From Octopus sinensis (taxonomy: Eukaryota): a stretch of 64,000 nt of DNA. A model generated the notes under the pieces. The model searched no databases. It worked only from the letters and a program-made list of their open reading frames with translations, and was not told the origin of the DNA. Positions within the stretch are counted from its first letter, which is position 1, and each line of letters begins with the position of its first letter. Shown here piece after piece: positions 47,081 through 61,788 of this stretch. The position numbers and the translations under genes are program-made. Location: contig NC_043006.1 of assembly GCF_006345805.1 (NCBI RefSeq), forward strand, positions 29,760,001-29,824,000, read 5' to 3'.

Positions 47081-49454
47081 GGTGGTGGTGGTGGTGGTGG
47101 TGGCGTTGGTTTGGTGGTGGCTGGTTTGAAGTGATGACTGGTTGAGTTGTTGAATGTCTACCTCGGGCTATGTGAAAAAATGACAACACCCGCGAGCAAT
47201 TAATAGAAGACTTTATCGCCTACAGTTACCGTATGCGCGTAAGCGAAAGCAGGGCATTGTAATCACTCGTCTTAGTTTGTCTGTGTGTTTGCAAATTTAC
47301 GGATTTTCAACATATTTGGCAGAAATGCTCATTGGGTGAGCGGCTCAAAATGAGGAACACTTGATTTATCTATAAAAAATATTCTTATTAATTTTTTAAT
47401 CGAACTTACAAATTTCCCGATAAGCAAGTGGTCATATTATTTTGTTCGCTCTCTTTTTCATATGAATTGCCCCTCGTCTGCATGCGTATAACTCATGGTC
47501 TACCTATGCGCGTAGACATGTGTGCGTACATACATACATACATACATACATACATACATGTGCGACAGTGTGTGTGTGTGTGTGGTGTGTGTGTGTGTGT
47601 GTGGTGTGTGTGTGTGTGTGCAGTGATGAATTCGAGGGTTTCATTTATTTACGAGTTGATTTCTTAATTTCACTGGAGTAAAAATATCTATAATGATGAT
47701 ACTTAAAAAAAAATAATAATTCAATTCAATTAAAAAGCATGGGTAAGCAACACATTGTAAGCCACACTATAATTTGCGAAAAAATTTATTTGCACGCAAG
47801 ATATGCATCGCCCTTCCGATGTCTTTCTTTTCTTCCGTTTTAACTGTGATGGTCGTTTATAAATACTAACAGCAATAATTTCATTCAAGGAGAGACATAC
47901 TGCTTGGAGTTTACGACAAGTTTATTGATATAGCAGACTATGGCTGGCTCATCGTAACTGGAAAATAATTGCGCTATATTTGTAGCGACGAAAATTCCTG
48001 TCTATTATCGGCCATCTGTCTTAACCGGCTGGATGAAGTGAGAATGGAGACACGATGTACGGCTGCCTTAACATTCTGCAATTACCACCAATAAATACCT
48101 TTTTATAGAGCTCAAGAAGATTTTACAGGATTGAATCACGCGATGGCTTGACACTGATTAGTTGCTTAGTAGACGGGTCACGTGAAACTGTGGTTTGATC
48201 ATGTTGTTTGACCGGCTACCTAGCGGTTCAGTTTCAAATCAACGCTACCGTGCTAATACTACCCCTTCTATTGTACCTGGTTTTAAATGATGTTACAGGT
48301 AAACACAATATATTTAATATTAAGTATAATATTTAAGTGAGTGTAGTGTTCTGCAAGATGTTACACGTGAGCTGTAAAATTCAACGAAGTAGCCTGTATG
48401 CAGTAGCTTGATATGCTAGAAATAGCAATCGAATCTCCCTTAGAAAACATACTCAGACGTGATTCCCAGTCAAATTGAAATCGTACGAGAACTTTGTTCC
48501 TTTATTGAAATCCTGAGCACAAACGGTAAGATAAAAGCAATCGTCAACAATGCACTTAAATTCTTGATCGCCAATGTCATGTGATTCATTTATCTTAATT
48601 CGTCCACGTTATATCACATTTTCCTGAACTTTCTGATTAATAACTAGCGTAGTTCAAGAAAGATAGTTTAATCAACTAAAACTTTCGTTCTTCAGTGGGT
48701 AAACGGTGGTTGTCCGAGTTAATTTTGCTCTCCATTGAAAGAGACTTGACTGCTGAGGTGAATTACAATAAAATAACTTCAACAAAATGGCGCCTAGACA
48801 AGAGATTGTTGCACTTCATTCATACATTTTTCACATTCGTTTGATTTCATTTTAAGCTTGAAATCAAAATAAATAACGAAGAGATTTTTATTATGCTTTC
48901 TAATTTATGAACTTACTGTAAAACAATTTTATTGGTTTTTTTTTTTTACATTTTAAATACAAAATAACAGATATGTCCTTCATTATAAAGGTATCCGCTT
49001 TGTGGTTGGAATTTAATGATTTAAAACAAAATATAAATATAGAATAAGTTGACAATTATTTGTAATATGACATGGCGTCTTTTTTAAGTGCATGCTCCCT
49101 CTAATATCAGAACTTGATTATGCAGCTGCACATATTCAATATATATCCTGTTTTAAAGCCATCCATGTAGAAATCTTTTGAACACGTATGCAGGTATACA
49201 TACATATATGGATATATAGAGAGAGGGAGAGAAAGAGAGAGAGAGTGAAAATTTAATCTTCTCTCTTCGCTCCTTTGCGCCACATGGGCTCAACTCCCCT
49301 CCCCTCTTTATCTGAATCCCCCCTCTCTTCATCTGACACCTACTTCCTCTCTTCACTCCTACCCACCTCCCTTCATTGATATGCCCGCCATCCACACCCA
49401 CATACCCCACCCCTATCTCTTCTTCCTAGCTCTCCTGTCCAACTACTTTTTTCT

Positions 49455-49600
49455 AACCAGTCGCCATGATTGTCTCCTCTTAAGCGCTGTATAATTTCAA
49501 TTTGCAGATTCAATGGGAGAGTAACATGCTTTCTTTTCACACTTTTTCCAAATTGGCTATTCTTATCATTGAAAGATATGTTCATCAATGAATGGATAAT
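49455..49600 (-). mobile_element. pogo/Tigger-like transposase N-terminus (HTH_psq/CENP-B type) remnant
   Basis: KRKHVTLPLNLQIEIIQRLRG in ORF 49373-49624. Confidence 0.5.
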
Positions 49601-49629
49601 AAATAAGTAGATAAAGGCAGACAAAAACT

Positions 49630-50070
49630 ATTTGGGTGCAAGGTCTAAACAATGTCGAGGTAGCATTGGTGACCAGAGTTAGGAAAGAACAGCGAAACGT
49701 GAAAAGCGTTGGACTATTAGGTTTGCCTGACTATTTGGACACTGGATTAGTAGAACATTACTGTAGGAGTCAATAACATGTCAATAACATGTAGCATGCA
49801 CAAATGTTGAAGGATAGCATGTATGTTATTGTTAATGTTCTTGTTGGTGCCGGGATATAGGTGCAGTTGCATGCAAACAACTACTTGGAGCCATAGGTGA
49901 GAGTTGGGGGCCAGAGGAGAACCCCTAACAGTGCGATGTGTACCACCGTCAAATGTCCCATCCCTCCCTGATACTCCATATACTAACGTGAGGATCGCCA
50001 ACGAATGCGTGACACTTGATAAGTTAGGGTTTGCTTCCTTATGTGTGTGAAGACTGGATCCAGCAGACAC
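49630..50070 (+). mobile_element. LINE ORF1 (gag-like) fragment
   Basis: VKSVGLLGLPDYLDTGLVEHYC (RRM-like) and RVCF.C.KTG-like knuckle remnant near 50025-50060; stops. Confidence 0.4.
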
Positions 50071-50074
50071 TAGT

Positions 50075-50388
50075 GGAGGCACATGGCCTAGTGGTTAGAG
50101 CAGCGGACTCGCGGTCGAGGGATCGCGGGTTCGAATCTCAGACCGGGCGATGTGTGTATTTATGAGCGAAAACACCTAAGCTCCACGCGGCTCCGGCAGA
50201 AGGTAATGGCGAACTTCTGCTGACTCTCTCGCCACAACTTTCTCTCACTCTTCCCTCCTGCATCTTGCAGCTCACCTGCGACGGACCGGCGTCCTGTCCA
50301 GGTGGGGAACCTATACGCCAAGGAAACCGGGAAACCGGCCCTTATGAGCCAGGCATGGCTCGAGGAGGAACAAACAACACAGGTACTG
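50075..50388 (+). mobile_element. tRNA-derived SINE with V-domain-like segment
   Basis: TGGCCTAGTGG and GGTTCGAATC boxes; CTGCGACGGACCGGCGTCCTGTCCAGG resembles the V-SINE central domain; (CAA)-type tail. Confidence 0.75.
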
Positions 50389-50639
50389 CGGAAGAAACCT
50401 TCATGGTTCGTCGGAGGAGAAGACAGCTGTAGCAACACATTGTGGAGTACAGAGAACAAGATGAGGCGAGTAAAACATTTTTATCATCCCTTGCATCCGT
50501 CTCTCTCCCCAGTCGTCTTGATCTGCTCTTACCACTGGATTGAAGATAGTCACGGAGGAGAGAGCGAGGTTGATGGTACGCAAGTCTTCTTCATTTTAAA
50601 CAAAGTTACCGCGCAAGTCATCAGTCACCATTAAAAATG

Positions 50640-51180
50640 ACTAGATGATCCTTGCCATTCCGATAGAAAATCATGCTTTGTTGATATTATTGTTGCACCA
50701 GATCGGCTCTGAATGAATAGAACTATGGTGGAAATTATTTCAACAATGATCTTTTTGGTGGGGACAGAATTAGCTTTTATTTCTAGCTTGTGAAGCAACC
50801 ACATTGGTCGCTTCGTTAACTCTGGCTGGTATGTTGCTGTCTGATGGGTATAATGGATTTCACTGGTTCATAAATAATTTATTCGACGCCTACGTCTGGT
50901 CAGGACTTTTTGAGAGGCACACGCAAAAACTTTGAAAACATTTTCGAATAAGAACATTATAACCCAGTTTCATTCTACAGTATAAAAACCCCCGTCTCTA
51001 CACAAATCATGGAAACAGTCATTGTCGTAGTCGTTACAAATGCTAAACCTTGTAATCTCTGATAATCTCTCTGGCGACTTCACAGATGTAATATTGTCTA
51101 GACTGCATCTCAAAGACGTCGCTTCCTCTTCAGGATTAGAAAATACTTCAGCCCTGATCAGTTTATTTACCGCCTGCAAT
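50640..51180 (-). mobile_element. Possible L1/Tx1-like LINE C-terminal remnant
   Basis: EPIWCNNNI, WLLHKLEI fragments; weak. Confidence 0.25.
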
Positions 51181-51249
51181 AAGACAGAGAGGAGGGGGTC
51201 GTGTGTATGTGTGTGAGTGTGTGCAGACAGACAGACATGCAGGCAAACG

Positions 51250-51640
<391 letters not shown>

Positions 51641-51759
51641 AATAGACACGATGCTTCTCAGATTGTTGTGTTCATGTATTTCCCAAAGGCATTAGTGACG
51701 TAAATGGAAGCAATTCCAGCTGAGAATCAAAACCATTTCGCGGACTCGGATTCCTTAGA

Positions 51760-51858
<99 letters not shown>

Positions 51859-53865
51859 TAAAAATTTCATGAGACAACAAAATGGAGACGATGAGATTAT
51901 GGTCAGAGGAGAGGATTGCATAAGATCGACATTTCTTTATACATTCTTCTGTTTTGTCTTCTCATATATGCCCTTCTGTTTATATACTCTCAATAAACAC
52001 TTGTCACTTATAAATCAACAAGGGTGCTTCTACGTAGTCAATCAATCTACTAGAAATAGTAGCTAAATTCTCTCAATTTACACCCTACAGCCTTAGAAAA
52101 ATGATACGTTGAAGAACATTGTCCTGGGTTTCTAGCACATAGAAAGGCATGAAGGCCACGACTAGACTGCTTTTGATTGTGAGCCTGCTCGATCAGGACT
52201 GGCAGGGCTAAACAACAGCAAAAATAACTTGCCATTTAATATAGTAGTCTTGACTTTAAATTGTCTTTAGATTAATAAAAATAAATAAATAAATAAATGT
52301 ACTCTTATAAAGATTTGTTATAAGCAGACGATGTATACGTGCCTCATCATATTACAAGTAATATAGAGGGAAGTAATATAGAGAGAGGGGAGAGTAACTG
52401 CGTGATATAGAGAGAGGGGAGAGTAACTGCGTGAGTGTGGGTGTGAGTGTCTGGGGCTTCGAGTGGAACAGACATTAAAACAGTGTTTAATGGTTTTCGA
52501 GTAATTTTCGATAAAATCAAGTCTTTAGAAATGTATTAAAGACAAAAGAACAAAGAAACCAAAAGCTTTTCCCACTCATCATACGTAAGAATTTAGTGTG
52601 ACAACACTACAAAACCAGCTGGGCATTTGATATAACAATGAAGTTAAATCCAGAAACAATGTGATATAGAAGTGGCATTGTAGCCACTAAATCACATGCA
52701 CTAATTATTTTGTAATGATATACAATCTTTCATGTTTAGAAGGTGAGCTACCTCAAGACCCCAGTGAGTCAAACTTAAGATCCATACAGTTCGAGTTACC
52801 CATGGAGTGGAGAGCAACTCGAAGGCAATTCCAGACAAAAAGAAATACATCACGAATAAGGCAAAAGTATATCAAATAATCGGCACAACATCCGATAACA
52901 GAAAAACAATCCTAGATACTAATTCTTTAGTACACTCCACATGACCGGCTTTGGTTCACCATCAAAGGCTTAGCAAATTAGTGGCTGATAAAGGAAACGG
53001 AACATATTAGCCAACATTAGGAATGTTTAATGTAATCCAAGACTTTTATGGGCCAAGCATTGGAAGTTTTAGAATCTGACGAACCACTTCCGTGTCATCA
53101 GATCTACTCAAGCAGAACAGACCAAAGACACTCAACAAACGCACACACATACACACACACACACAAACATATACATACACAAACAATCACGCACATACTA
53201 TGAATGTATCCTGCAGTCCCATTATAGAAGGAAACCGCCGGCAAGCAAAATATGTTCCTGCAGTATAAACGCAACGAATCTTCTCCATCTTACAACAGAC
53301 TTTCGCTGTCATTGTAGAAAATGGCGCTTATTTAAAAAATTAATTTAATAACCGCGCTTCTTGGACAAATTTCAGAATTTTGTTTATTTATTCATTTATT
53401 TTTAGAATGGCAAGGACCAAGACGGAAGTTTTTAATGTTTCATGGCTTGACACTTTCATACGTGCAACAATAGAGACTCGATAAGAAACAGCGTCCCGCG
53501 GGATTTTCTGGAGGGCACGTCTGACGAAAATCTATTATCAGATGGTGAGTCATGCCTCATACGGTCCGAATTGCGAAAAAAATTCGCCTATGCCTGGTCT
53601 ACATTCAACCCACTGTTCACCACTCAGTGTATCCACGGTTCACTGAATAAGTGATGACTAATTATCTGCTTAATGATCCTTTCTAAAGACAATGTGTCCG
53701 AGGTGACTGAGTAGAAAAGGTGGCCGGAGTAGCAGTTGAAAACTCAATGATGTGTAATATTTATCCCCACTTAAACCTGAATGTTCTGTTAGAACAAACA
53801 ATGCTATGGTAGATACGATGAGAGAAACTCTCGTATTGGCTTTTGGTGCAAAATGCACACTTGCT

Positions 53866-54009
53866 TATATCACTAGCGGGAAGATGAGTCCCCACCATCT
53901 CCAGCACAGGGACCACCAGATCACATGACTTCAACTTTCCTTAGTCTCGTCGATGATGGATGCTCCACCGCTAGAGATAACGAGGACTCATCTCCCCGCC
54001 AGTGATATA
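53866..54009. mobile_element. MITE, 26-bp TIRs, TA-rich ends
   Basis: TATATCACTAGCGGGAAGATGAGTCC versus GGACTCATCTCCCCGCCAGTGATATA (24/26 complementary). Confidence 0.75.
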
Positions 54010-54479
54010 TAGAAAAACAGAGCCAGAACTAGCGCTGGTGTCACGATTAACCAGTGAGTTTGTTAAAATATGGATTAGCGGCAGAGGCAGTTTAATACCT
54101 AAATGTGTAGCTTGTATCTTGTTAAAAATACCACACTGTGTCCATAATCGCCACAATTAATTCCCACTATCTCAATTCATGTAAGTAGGTACAATGTCCA
54201 GAGTATACGTCGCCTTCTATAAGTAACAAAGCATCGTATATTTAACGGATGTCATGTTAACTTTCAGTACCGAAAAGTCCCTTTTCGTGGTTTGAAAAGT
54301 TAACGGTAACTAAATTCTGTGTATGCTTCCCATAAATAAAGTATATCCTTCACTTATATGACAGACAAACTTTAAAAATCTTTTAAAATCTAATTGATGT
54401 CAGTAATGTCTTACTGTAAATGTCTTACCTGGAAACACGACCAAGCATTTGTAGAAGACATGACATAGGAATTGACTGT

Positions 54480-54780
54480 CTAAAATGTTATCAATTCAAA
54501 GAAACCACCATGTAAACAAAGGAATAAATAAATAGCTAAATGATGCGAAAACCATGCAGCGTAAACTGAAGTTTGCTGCAAATTCCATTTGATACAAACT
54601 TTGACAAATGTGTGGCAAAACATACGAGTTTGCCTATGACGCAATAATAGAGGGGCGTAATGTGGGGCCTGCTGTAGGCTAGTTGATACAAATCTTGGCA
54701 TTTGTGCTACAAAGTTTTCGAATTTTCCAATGCTGAGAATGTCTAAAGTAAATGACATCTTCAATACGTTCAAGGAAGTA
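54480..54780 (+). mobile_element. Possible Mutator (MULE) transposase remnant
   Basis: EVCCKFHLIQTL resembles the MULE CxFH..Q motif; no other support. Confidence 0.3.
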
Positions 54781-56068
54781 AGTTGTTAGATAAAATCTAG
54801 GCAGGAATATTTTGCAGTCGTTCATAACGGCTTCAAGCTGTTGCAAATACCATTATAATATAAAAACGCAAGTGTCTTTATATAGAAACATTATAAATAC
54901 TTGCATTCTGCTTTGTGCAGAGCCCAAAAGAAAATAATACACACCTTAACACAATGCTGCTGAAGCTGTTTATGCTATTCAAGATATTTGGCCGTGTCCC
55001 AGTGAAACCTCACATTTCTTGAGTTCAAATTCACCCAGAATCACCTTATATTTCATCTCTTTCTCTTGTCAATAAAAGAGGCAGAAAGACGACCGACTTT
55101 ATTCATTAAAGATTCGAAGAATTGTTTGAGCTGGAGAAAGTGTCTGTGGTACTTAGATACAGACATCTACGACCCAAATTCAAATCCTGCCAAAGTTAAC
55201 TTTACTTTTCATCATTCTGAAGTCAAAAACTATAAAATAGTAATCAAGTAATGAAGTTAATTTAATATTCAAAATATCAGGCTAGTTGCCCAGTAATAAA
55301 TGGCAAGATACGGTTAAATGAAAATAGAGAAAACATGAGAACCCATCTAAGCCAGAGATTGTTTCTTAGGCAACATTATCAATGTAAATTATCTTTTATA
55401 AGTTTACCTATTCGCTTTCTGTCTATTTGTCTCTGTTGTGACGAATATCTGGGAGTAAAAGAATAAAAAATATTTTTGCAAAACGTGAATTGAAGTATTT
55501 GAGAGGGAAATTTTTGGTGACTAATCAACTACTTTAAGGAATGACGTAATGAAAATCAATTATATTTTCACTTATTTCACACCTTTTTCAATATTTTAAA
55601 TTTTAGTTGATTTGTTCACCCCTTTTGGTTAATTTATAAATATTTCCCCCATAAATAATGAAGGCCATAGTGTAAAGACCTGTAGTCAAGCTACAATTGC
55701 TGGGTGCCGCTATTTCACTTCTATTACTATTGTCTACATTACACTTCAGCCAGAACATAGAGAGCTAGCAAAACTTTGATGAATATCCCTGACTACCAAT
55801 AACAGACAAGTAAAAATATATGAACGTTTGAAGTTTGATGCTATTTTCTTGTGTAAAACATAACTTCAATATTTCCGTATGACGTAAATTCAGAACCCTG
55901 AAAACCGATAAATAAATTTAAAAAACATGTGAAAGACTCAAAGTTATAAGAAAGACACATAAGAGCTGATATTATTTCGAATTCCATTACATTAAGGTTT
56001 CTTAATCACTTGTAAATCAGAAAAAAATTTGCTTTCATTATTTACACTCACGATATTTTCCTGTCCTT

Positions 56069-56285
56069 TAAGGCAGTAAGAACAGCCAAATTGTTAGCAC
56101 GCCGGACAAAATGCTTACTGACATTTCATCCGTCTTTACGTTCTGAGTTCCAATTCCACTAAGGTTGATTTTACCTTTCATTCTACCGAGGCTGATAAAA
56201 TCAATACTAATTGAGTAGTAAGATTCGATGTAATCGATTTAACCCTCCTCCCAATGTTTCAGGTCTTGCGCCTTTATTAAAAGGG
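56069..56285 (+). mobile_element. SINE family B, degenerate
   Basis: TTAGCACGCCGGACAAAATGC..GTTCTGAGTTCCAATTCC..TTTACCTTTCATTC. Confidence 0.75.
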
Positions 56286-58254
56286 ATATTTTCCCTGTTC
56301 TTTTCTTTTTTTATTAGATCTTTTCAGTTTAAATATTTTTTCTTTATATATTGCAAGTAACCAGGGTGGGCATCAACGGTTGTTGTAAGAAAATTGGTTC
56401 TAGAATTCAGCTTAGAAATTACCGGAAGTTATCAGAGTACCTGTGGTAGCAACAACAATTGTTTTACATATTTATAAAGACTGGTACTTTTAAGAGAGTC
56501 AAGAGTGAGATGAATAGTTCCAGTCTTCGAAATCAGCAAATGGAGTCTTCTCTTCGGAAGATTAACCCATCCGAATTTGTTGCTTATTGCAGAAACAATG
56601 ATAAGACTTTTGTAGGTAACCTGTGTTTTATTATATACTTTATTTTACTTCTAGATTTCATCATTTGATAAAATTATGGTGTTAATTTTGAGTAAAGTTC
56701 AACAAGCAATGTATCATCTAACAAGTTTCAGCTATTACACACACGAGAAGAAAACGAAGAGCTTGAATATCGTTCATTTCCGTTGTCAAAAACAGAAATA
56801 AGTAACAAAAATGAAAATTGGAGAAGGAAATGAAACAAAAGGAGAGTTAAACCGGATTTGAATTTTGAAAATATTTACACAAACAGTTAAATATGAGAGA
56901 GCTTTCTTCAAATACTTAACAACAAATAATGATTTCTTTTGAGAAAGCACGAGGACAATTTTTTTAGGTGATTACATATGAAAAGTAAAGTATTAACTAT
57001 GTTACAGGAATAAATAAAAGGTTATGTAGACGTCTGGAACGAATCCGGATAACGATAATATCACTTTGCCAATTCTATCGCTTCTACTCAGCTGTTTTAC
57101 TTGCTTGAAGCAGTAGCTGAATTTCCCTAAAACCATTCCTACCATCTTCAAAAAAGTACATTGGATATTGTAATCCGAGATACAGAATTCTTGCAAAACT
57201 AAGATATGACAACAATTGGAATACTTCGATTCTTCCCTACACAATTAATATTTACGGGGATTAAACATAAATTGCGAATTCTGTTTTTTTTTTCTAGTTT
57301 CAGCTCTAAACCTATTTGTTTTTTGCTACTAATTAAGGCGGTTAATTAGTAAAATGGGAAGAACGTTGGACAAAATGACTTACCATATTTAATTACTTTT
57401 TTGTTCCGAGCTCATATCGCACTGATATTGACTTATGCCTTCTATCTTTTCGAGTTCGCGAGCGAATTTTGACTTTAAAGTCTATATAAATCTTTCCATG
57501 TTGGATTTCAGTGATTTAATTAACAATGTTTAATTTTTTTATTGAATTCTAAACTCAAGCTAAATATCCTGTATACAGACCGAAACAAGGCTGATGGAGT
57601 AACTTGGAATATCAACCGAAGAACAGACAATTGATCACTACATTGCTCGTTCTCAGATAACAAATCTATGGTTTTAATATCCTAGATTAGATTAGATTTA
57701 CCTTTAATAGTATCGTGTTACTTCCGCCATGTCTTCGGTAAATACTGTGGAATTTAGGCTTGGAGCCATAGGAGCAGCATTTTCGACATGAAACTATATC
57801 TCAATCGGAATGTAAATTGCTCAACCAAACTTTCCCGAGGTGCAGTCCTTATGGCCAACTCATCTTCAGAAATTTCAAATTTCAATTTGAACAGAAACCA
57901 TTCTGTTCCATTAATTCGAATGGTAGCCTTGAACTATTATTGTGGCGCAAAAATCGTCTATATTTTGCAGATGATATCCTAATATGACCGAAACAATCTC
58001 AGAACTGTACCCCGTACTGATCCGAAATAAAAGTAATGTTCGTAATTGACTAATATTCCATTTTCTCACAGTAAATTATTTTTAAATAGACTTTAGTACT
58101 CATTGAATCAATTAAGCGGCTATAATTAACCATGGGTTACATCCTTTTCTCCCTTTTTTTTTCAAGCAACATCGATTGTGACTGGTAAAAACAATGCAAA
58201 TGATAATTTGTCGCAGAGGTGAGATAAGTGTGTGATTATTGGCCTGTTGTCTCT

Positions 58255-58880
58255 ACTGCATTCCTTTCTGAGGATCCACGCTTCTAGATTCCTCATGAAA
58301 ATACTCTTGTAGTCCAGCTAGAGACGGCTAATGGCATTTTTTCAGATGCATCTCCATATAGGATATCCGTAGCGTTGCTGCTTCCTCCACGTGTTGGATG
58401 TGACCCAACCAGCTCAGTTTTCTATTTCCTGAGCAGAGTGTACATGCTGGGAAATCCAATGCCGGACAGAACCGCTACATTGGACACTATCTTGCCTGAA
58501 TGTTTTAAGCATGTGATTCTTAAATGGAAGACGTTCGGTCTTCTCTCCAATCTGGTACATGTGGACCATACAGTAGCATGATAGTGTGCTTGTGTCACAG
58601 ATGTTTACAGCAACCATCAGAATGTCTTTTGCCACGACGCCTTTCTGTATGCTTAACCTTGGTCACGACAAAAATAACAGAAAAAGCTATGAATCGTGGC
58701 CTGTACTGATTCTGGCATTAAAGCCATCCAGAATAACGAGTTGCTCATTGCTACAGACGCAGATGATGTATGATGAGGGATCCTCATAGAATTCGTCTTG
58801 CGTCTGGTGTGGAGAACAGTGCCGGGGTATACATGCTGTTACGGGTGATTGTGCCTTCCATGATGTTTAGACGCAGGGCC
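58255..58880 (-). mobile_element. RTE (BovB-like) LINE RT C-terminal remnant
   Basis: Minus strand NVAVLSGIG.PSM.TLL..LSWLGHIQHV and ERLPFKNHML motifs. Confidence 0.65.
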
Positions 58881-59545
58881 AGGAGCTACTCTGAGCCCTT
58901 GCTATCTAGTTCAACAGGTTGTTCTCTACTATGAAACCAACCACCTCTAAAATTTCTCCTACAGTCATATGCAAATATACTGTTAGTTGCACTGTAGCAA
59001 ATCTGGTGACAACTATGCTGAAACAACACAGCAGATGAAGCTGGATGTTGATGTGGATATGTGAGTGAGCACATACGTAGGCAGGCGGCCGGTCAGAAGC
59101 CTGTGCGGCGTTGCCCATGCAGCGCGTTCCTCATTTCCACTTCTCTGGTGAATCTAAAGGAAGGTAAAAAGAAATGAATCTTGTGCTGCCTGGGTCACGT
59201 CTATCGCATGGAGGAGAACAGTATCTCAAAAGAAATCCTATATGAGAAATGCTTTCGTAAAAGCTGAGAAAGAGGTTGTGGATAACAATGAACTGCCTTA
59301 AGGGTTCGAGCCCTACGGCAGGCAGGCAATTCGTTTCCTCTGAATCAATTTGAAGGAAAATGAAGCGACATGTACAATGACACAGCAGAGAATCGAAACT
59401 ATGACCATAGGATTATGAGTTCAAGCTCTAGCCACTAGGCCATCGCTCAGACATATATACATGTCTGTGTATATATGCATGGTTCTATGTATGCGTACAT
59501 ATATGTATAATGTATATGTGTGTGTGTGTTTGTGTGTATGTGTGT

Positions 59546-59841
59546 GAAGACGCATGGCTTAGTGGTTAGGGTTTTCGGCTCGCAATCGTAAAGTCATGAG
59601 TTCGATTCCCGGCCGTACATTGTGTCCTTGAGCAAGACACTTTATTTCACATTGCTCCAGTCCACTCACCTAGTAAAAATGAGTTGCACCTGTAATTCAA
59701 AGGGCCAGCACTGTCACACTGAATCTCCCTGAAAACTACTTTAGAGGTATCCGTGTCTGAGGAGTGCTCAGCCACTTGCACGTTAATTTCACAAGCAGGC
59801 TGTTCCGTGGAGCACTCGTCGTCGTAACCGACGGAGTGTCA
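59546..59841 (+). mobile_element. SINE family C variant, full length
   Basis: TGGCTTAGTGG, GAGTTCGATTCC, GTGTCCTTGAGCAAGACACTTT, ends GTCGTAACCGACGGAGTGTCA. Confidence 0.9.
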
Positions 59842-59843
59842 GT

Positions 59844-59879
<36 letters not shown>

Positions 59880-59884
59880 TATAT

Positions 59885-60330
59885 AGGCGTAGGAGTGGCT
59901 CTATAGGCGTAGGAGTGGCTGTGTGGTAAGTAGCTTGTTTACCAACCACATGGTTCCAGGTTCAGTCCCACTGCGTGGCACCTTGGGCAAGTGTCTTCTA
60001 CTATAGCTTCGGGCCGACCAAAGCCTTGTGAGTGGATTTGGTAGACGGAAACTGAAAGAAGCCCGTCGTATATATGTATATATATATGTATATGTATGTG
60101 TGTGTATATGTTTGTGTGTCTGCGTTTGTCCCCCCCAACATTGCTTGACAACCGATGCTGGTGTGTTTACGTCCCCGTAACTTAGCGGTTCGGCAAAAGA
60201 GACCGATAGAATAAGTACTAGGCTTACAAAGAATAAGTCCTGGGGTCGATTTGCTCGACTAAAGGCGGTGCTCCAGCATGGCCACAGTCAAATGACTGAA
60301 ACAACTAAAAGAGTAAAAGAGTAAAAGAGT
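59885..60330 (+). mobile_element. SINE family A, full length, with a 20-bp duplicated 5' end
   Basis: (A/C)TATAGGCGTAGGAGTGGCT twice at 59881-59920; (AAAAGAGT)3 tail. Confidence 0.95.
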
Positions 60331-60352
60331 ATATATATATATATATATATGC

Positions 60353-60384
<32 letters not shown>

Positions 60385-61136
60385 GTATGCGTGTACACGC
60401 GCGCGCGCGCCGCATACATACACACACACACACACCACACATACACACACACACCACACGTACACACACAAACACACACTGCAGTAATAAAGACTTGTCC
60501 CATTGTCTATGTGACTAGATTGACGAGATAAGCAAACTCATCATCAAACACCAACACAGATCCACACACAAAGTAAATACTCATAAAACATCTAGAAATA
60601 CATCTTCTTCAATATTCCTCTCTAAGTACAAACACAAGATCACAGTGGGAAGCAGCAGTTACTCACTGACCCTATTATTGTTACCAAGGTTACTGTGTAC
60701 TAGATGACACTCGATGAGATCGGAATATTATGACAGCTGTTTTATTCGGCCAAAGAAGATAACTTAGGCTATCTTTACGTAGGATAGGGTGGGAGGTAAT
60801 TATGGCAAACTATAAGATACACTTTTAGACGAGCCAATTAGGGAAACCTCTATGTGATCGCTTGACCTACCAGAAAGCGCAGTTAAATCTCTTCCAAATC
60901 ACACCTTTCCGTCTTAAACGAAGAAAAGCCTCATCAGGTAATTTAGGGCGGCATGTCCTGAAACAACTAGGTGGTCATTACTGGAACGTCGGTACTCGAT
61001 CCGTGTTGATAATTTTCAGAATGTGGTGTCAGACCATTTTGAAATCTAATTATGCCGTTGGCATTTCTCTTCTCCATTTTCTGTCCTCTTGTTACTTAAA
61101 TTAGCACAAAAAAAGTCATGAGCCATCACAAAGTTC

Positions 61137-61788
61137 GGATCTTTACCTTTTGACCGACAGATTTAAAAAATCATTTTTTGTAACTAAACACTTTCAAACT
61201 TCGGACACTGGTAGAATGTGCCGTATAAAATATCTTTTACTCTTAGCGTTTTTGAGAAAAGCTTATATTTACGAAGTTAGTTCACGTTAAAGTTGTCCTA
61301 TTTCGGTAATTTCAATCAATCAATGACGTGTATTCAGCTGAATAAAATTACTGCTGATGTTTGTCAACAAGAACTTCCGTCGGTGTGTATTTCGTTTGTC
61401 ACTGTTATTTATGACAACCCTAATCCTAAAACCCTAATTCTATTGCCCTAACCCTAAAACCCTAACCCTGAAACCTTAAAGCTAAAACTAGCACAAACGC
61501 ACGAACGATGTCATAAATAACAGTGACAAACGAAAAATACACCGCCGATAGTTGTTGTTGACAAACAACGGCAGTAATTTTATTCAGCTGAATACACGTC
61601 ATTGATTGGTTGAAATTACCGAAATAGGACAACTTTAACGTGAAATAACTTTGTAAATATAAGCATTTCTCAAAAATGCTAAGAGTAAAAGATGTTTTAT
61701 ATGACACATTCTACCAGTGTCCGAAGTTTGAAAGTGTTTAGTTACAAAAATTTATTTTTTAAATCTGTCGGTCAAAAAGTAAAGATCC
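61137..61788. mobile_element. Fold-back MITE with ~280-bp TIRs, 8-bp TSD, (CCCTAA)-like spacer
   Basis: Arms 61137-61416 and 61509-61788 (GGATCTTT..AAAGATCC); TSD CAAAGTTC (61129-61136) / CAAAGCTC (61789-61796). Confidence 0.9.

Noticed and set aside
50075-50150. tRNA-like sequences (also SINE heads at 16572, 59546, 17283)
   Set aside because: A/B boxes present but cloverleaf stems do not pair and each continues into a SINE body
53406-53544. Plus-strand segment with acceptor (T-rich TAG) and GTGAGT donor, contains MARTKTE
   Set aside because: Stops in all three frames; not histone H3 beyond five residues; at most a non-coding exon or transposon remnant
61417-61460. CCCTAA runs as interstitial telomere / fusion scar (also 32450-32480, 46093-46110)
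   Set aside because: Short, degenerate and, in two cases, internal to MITEs
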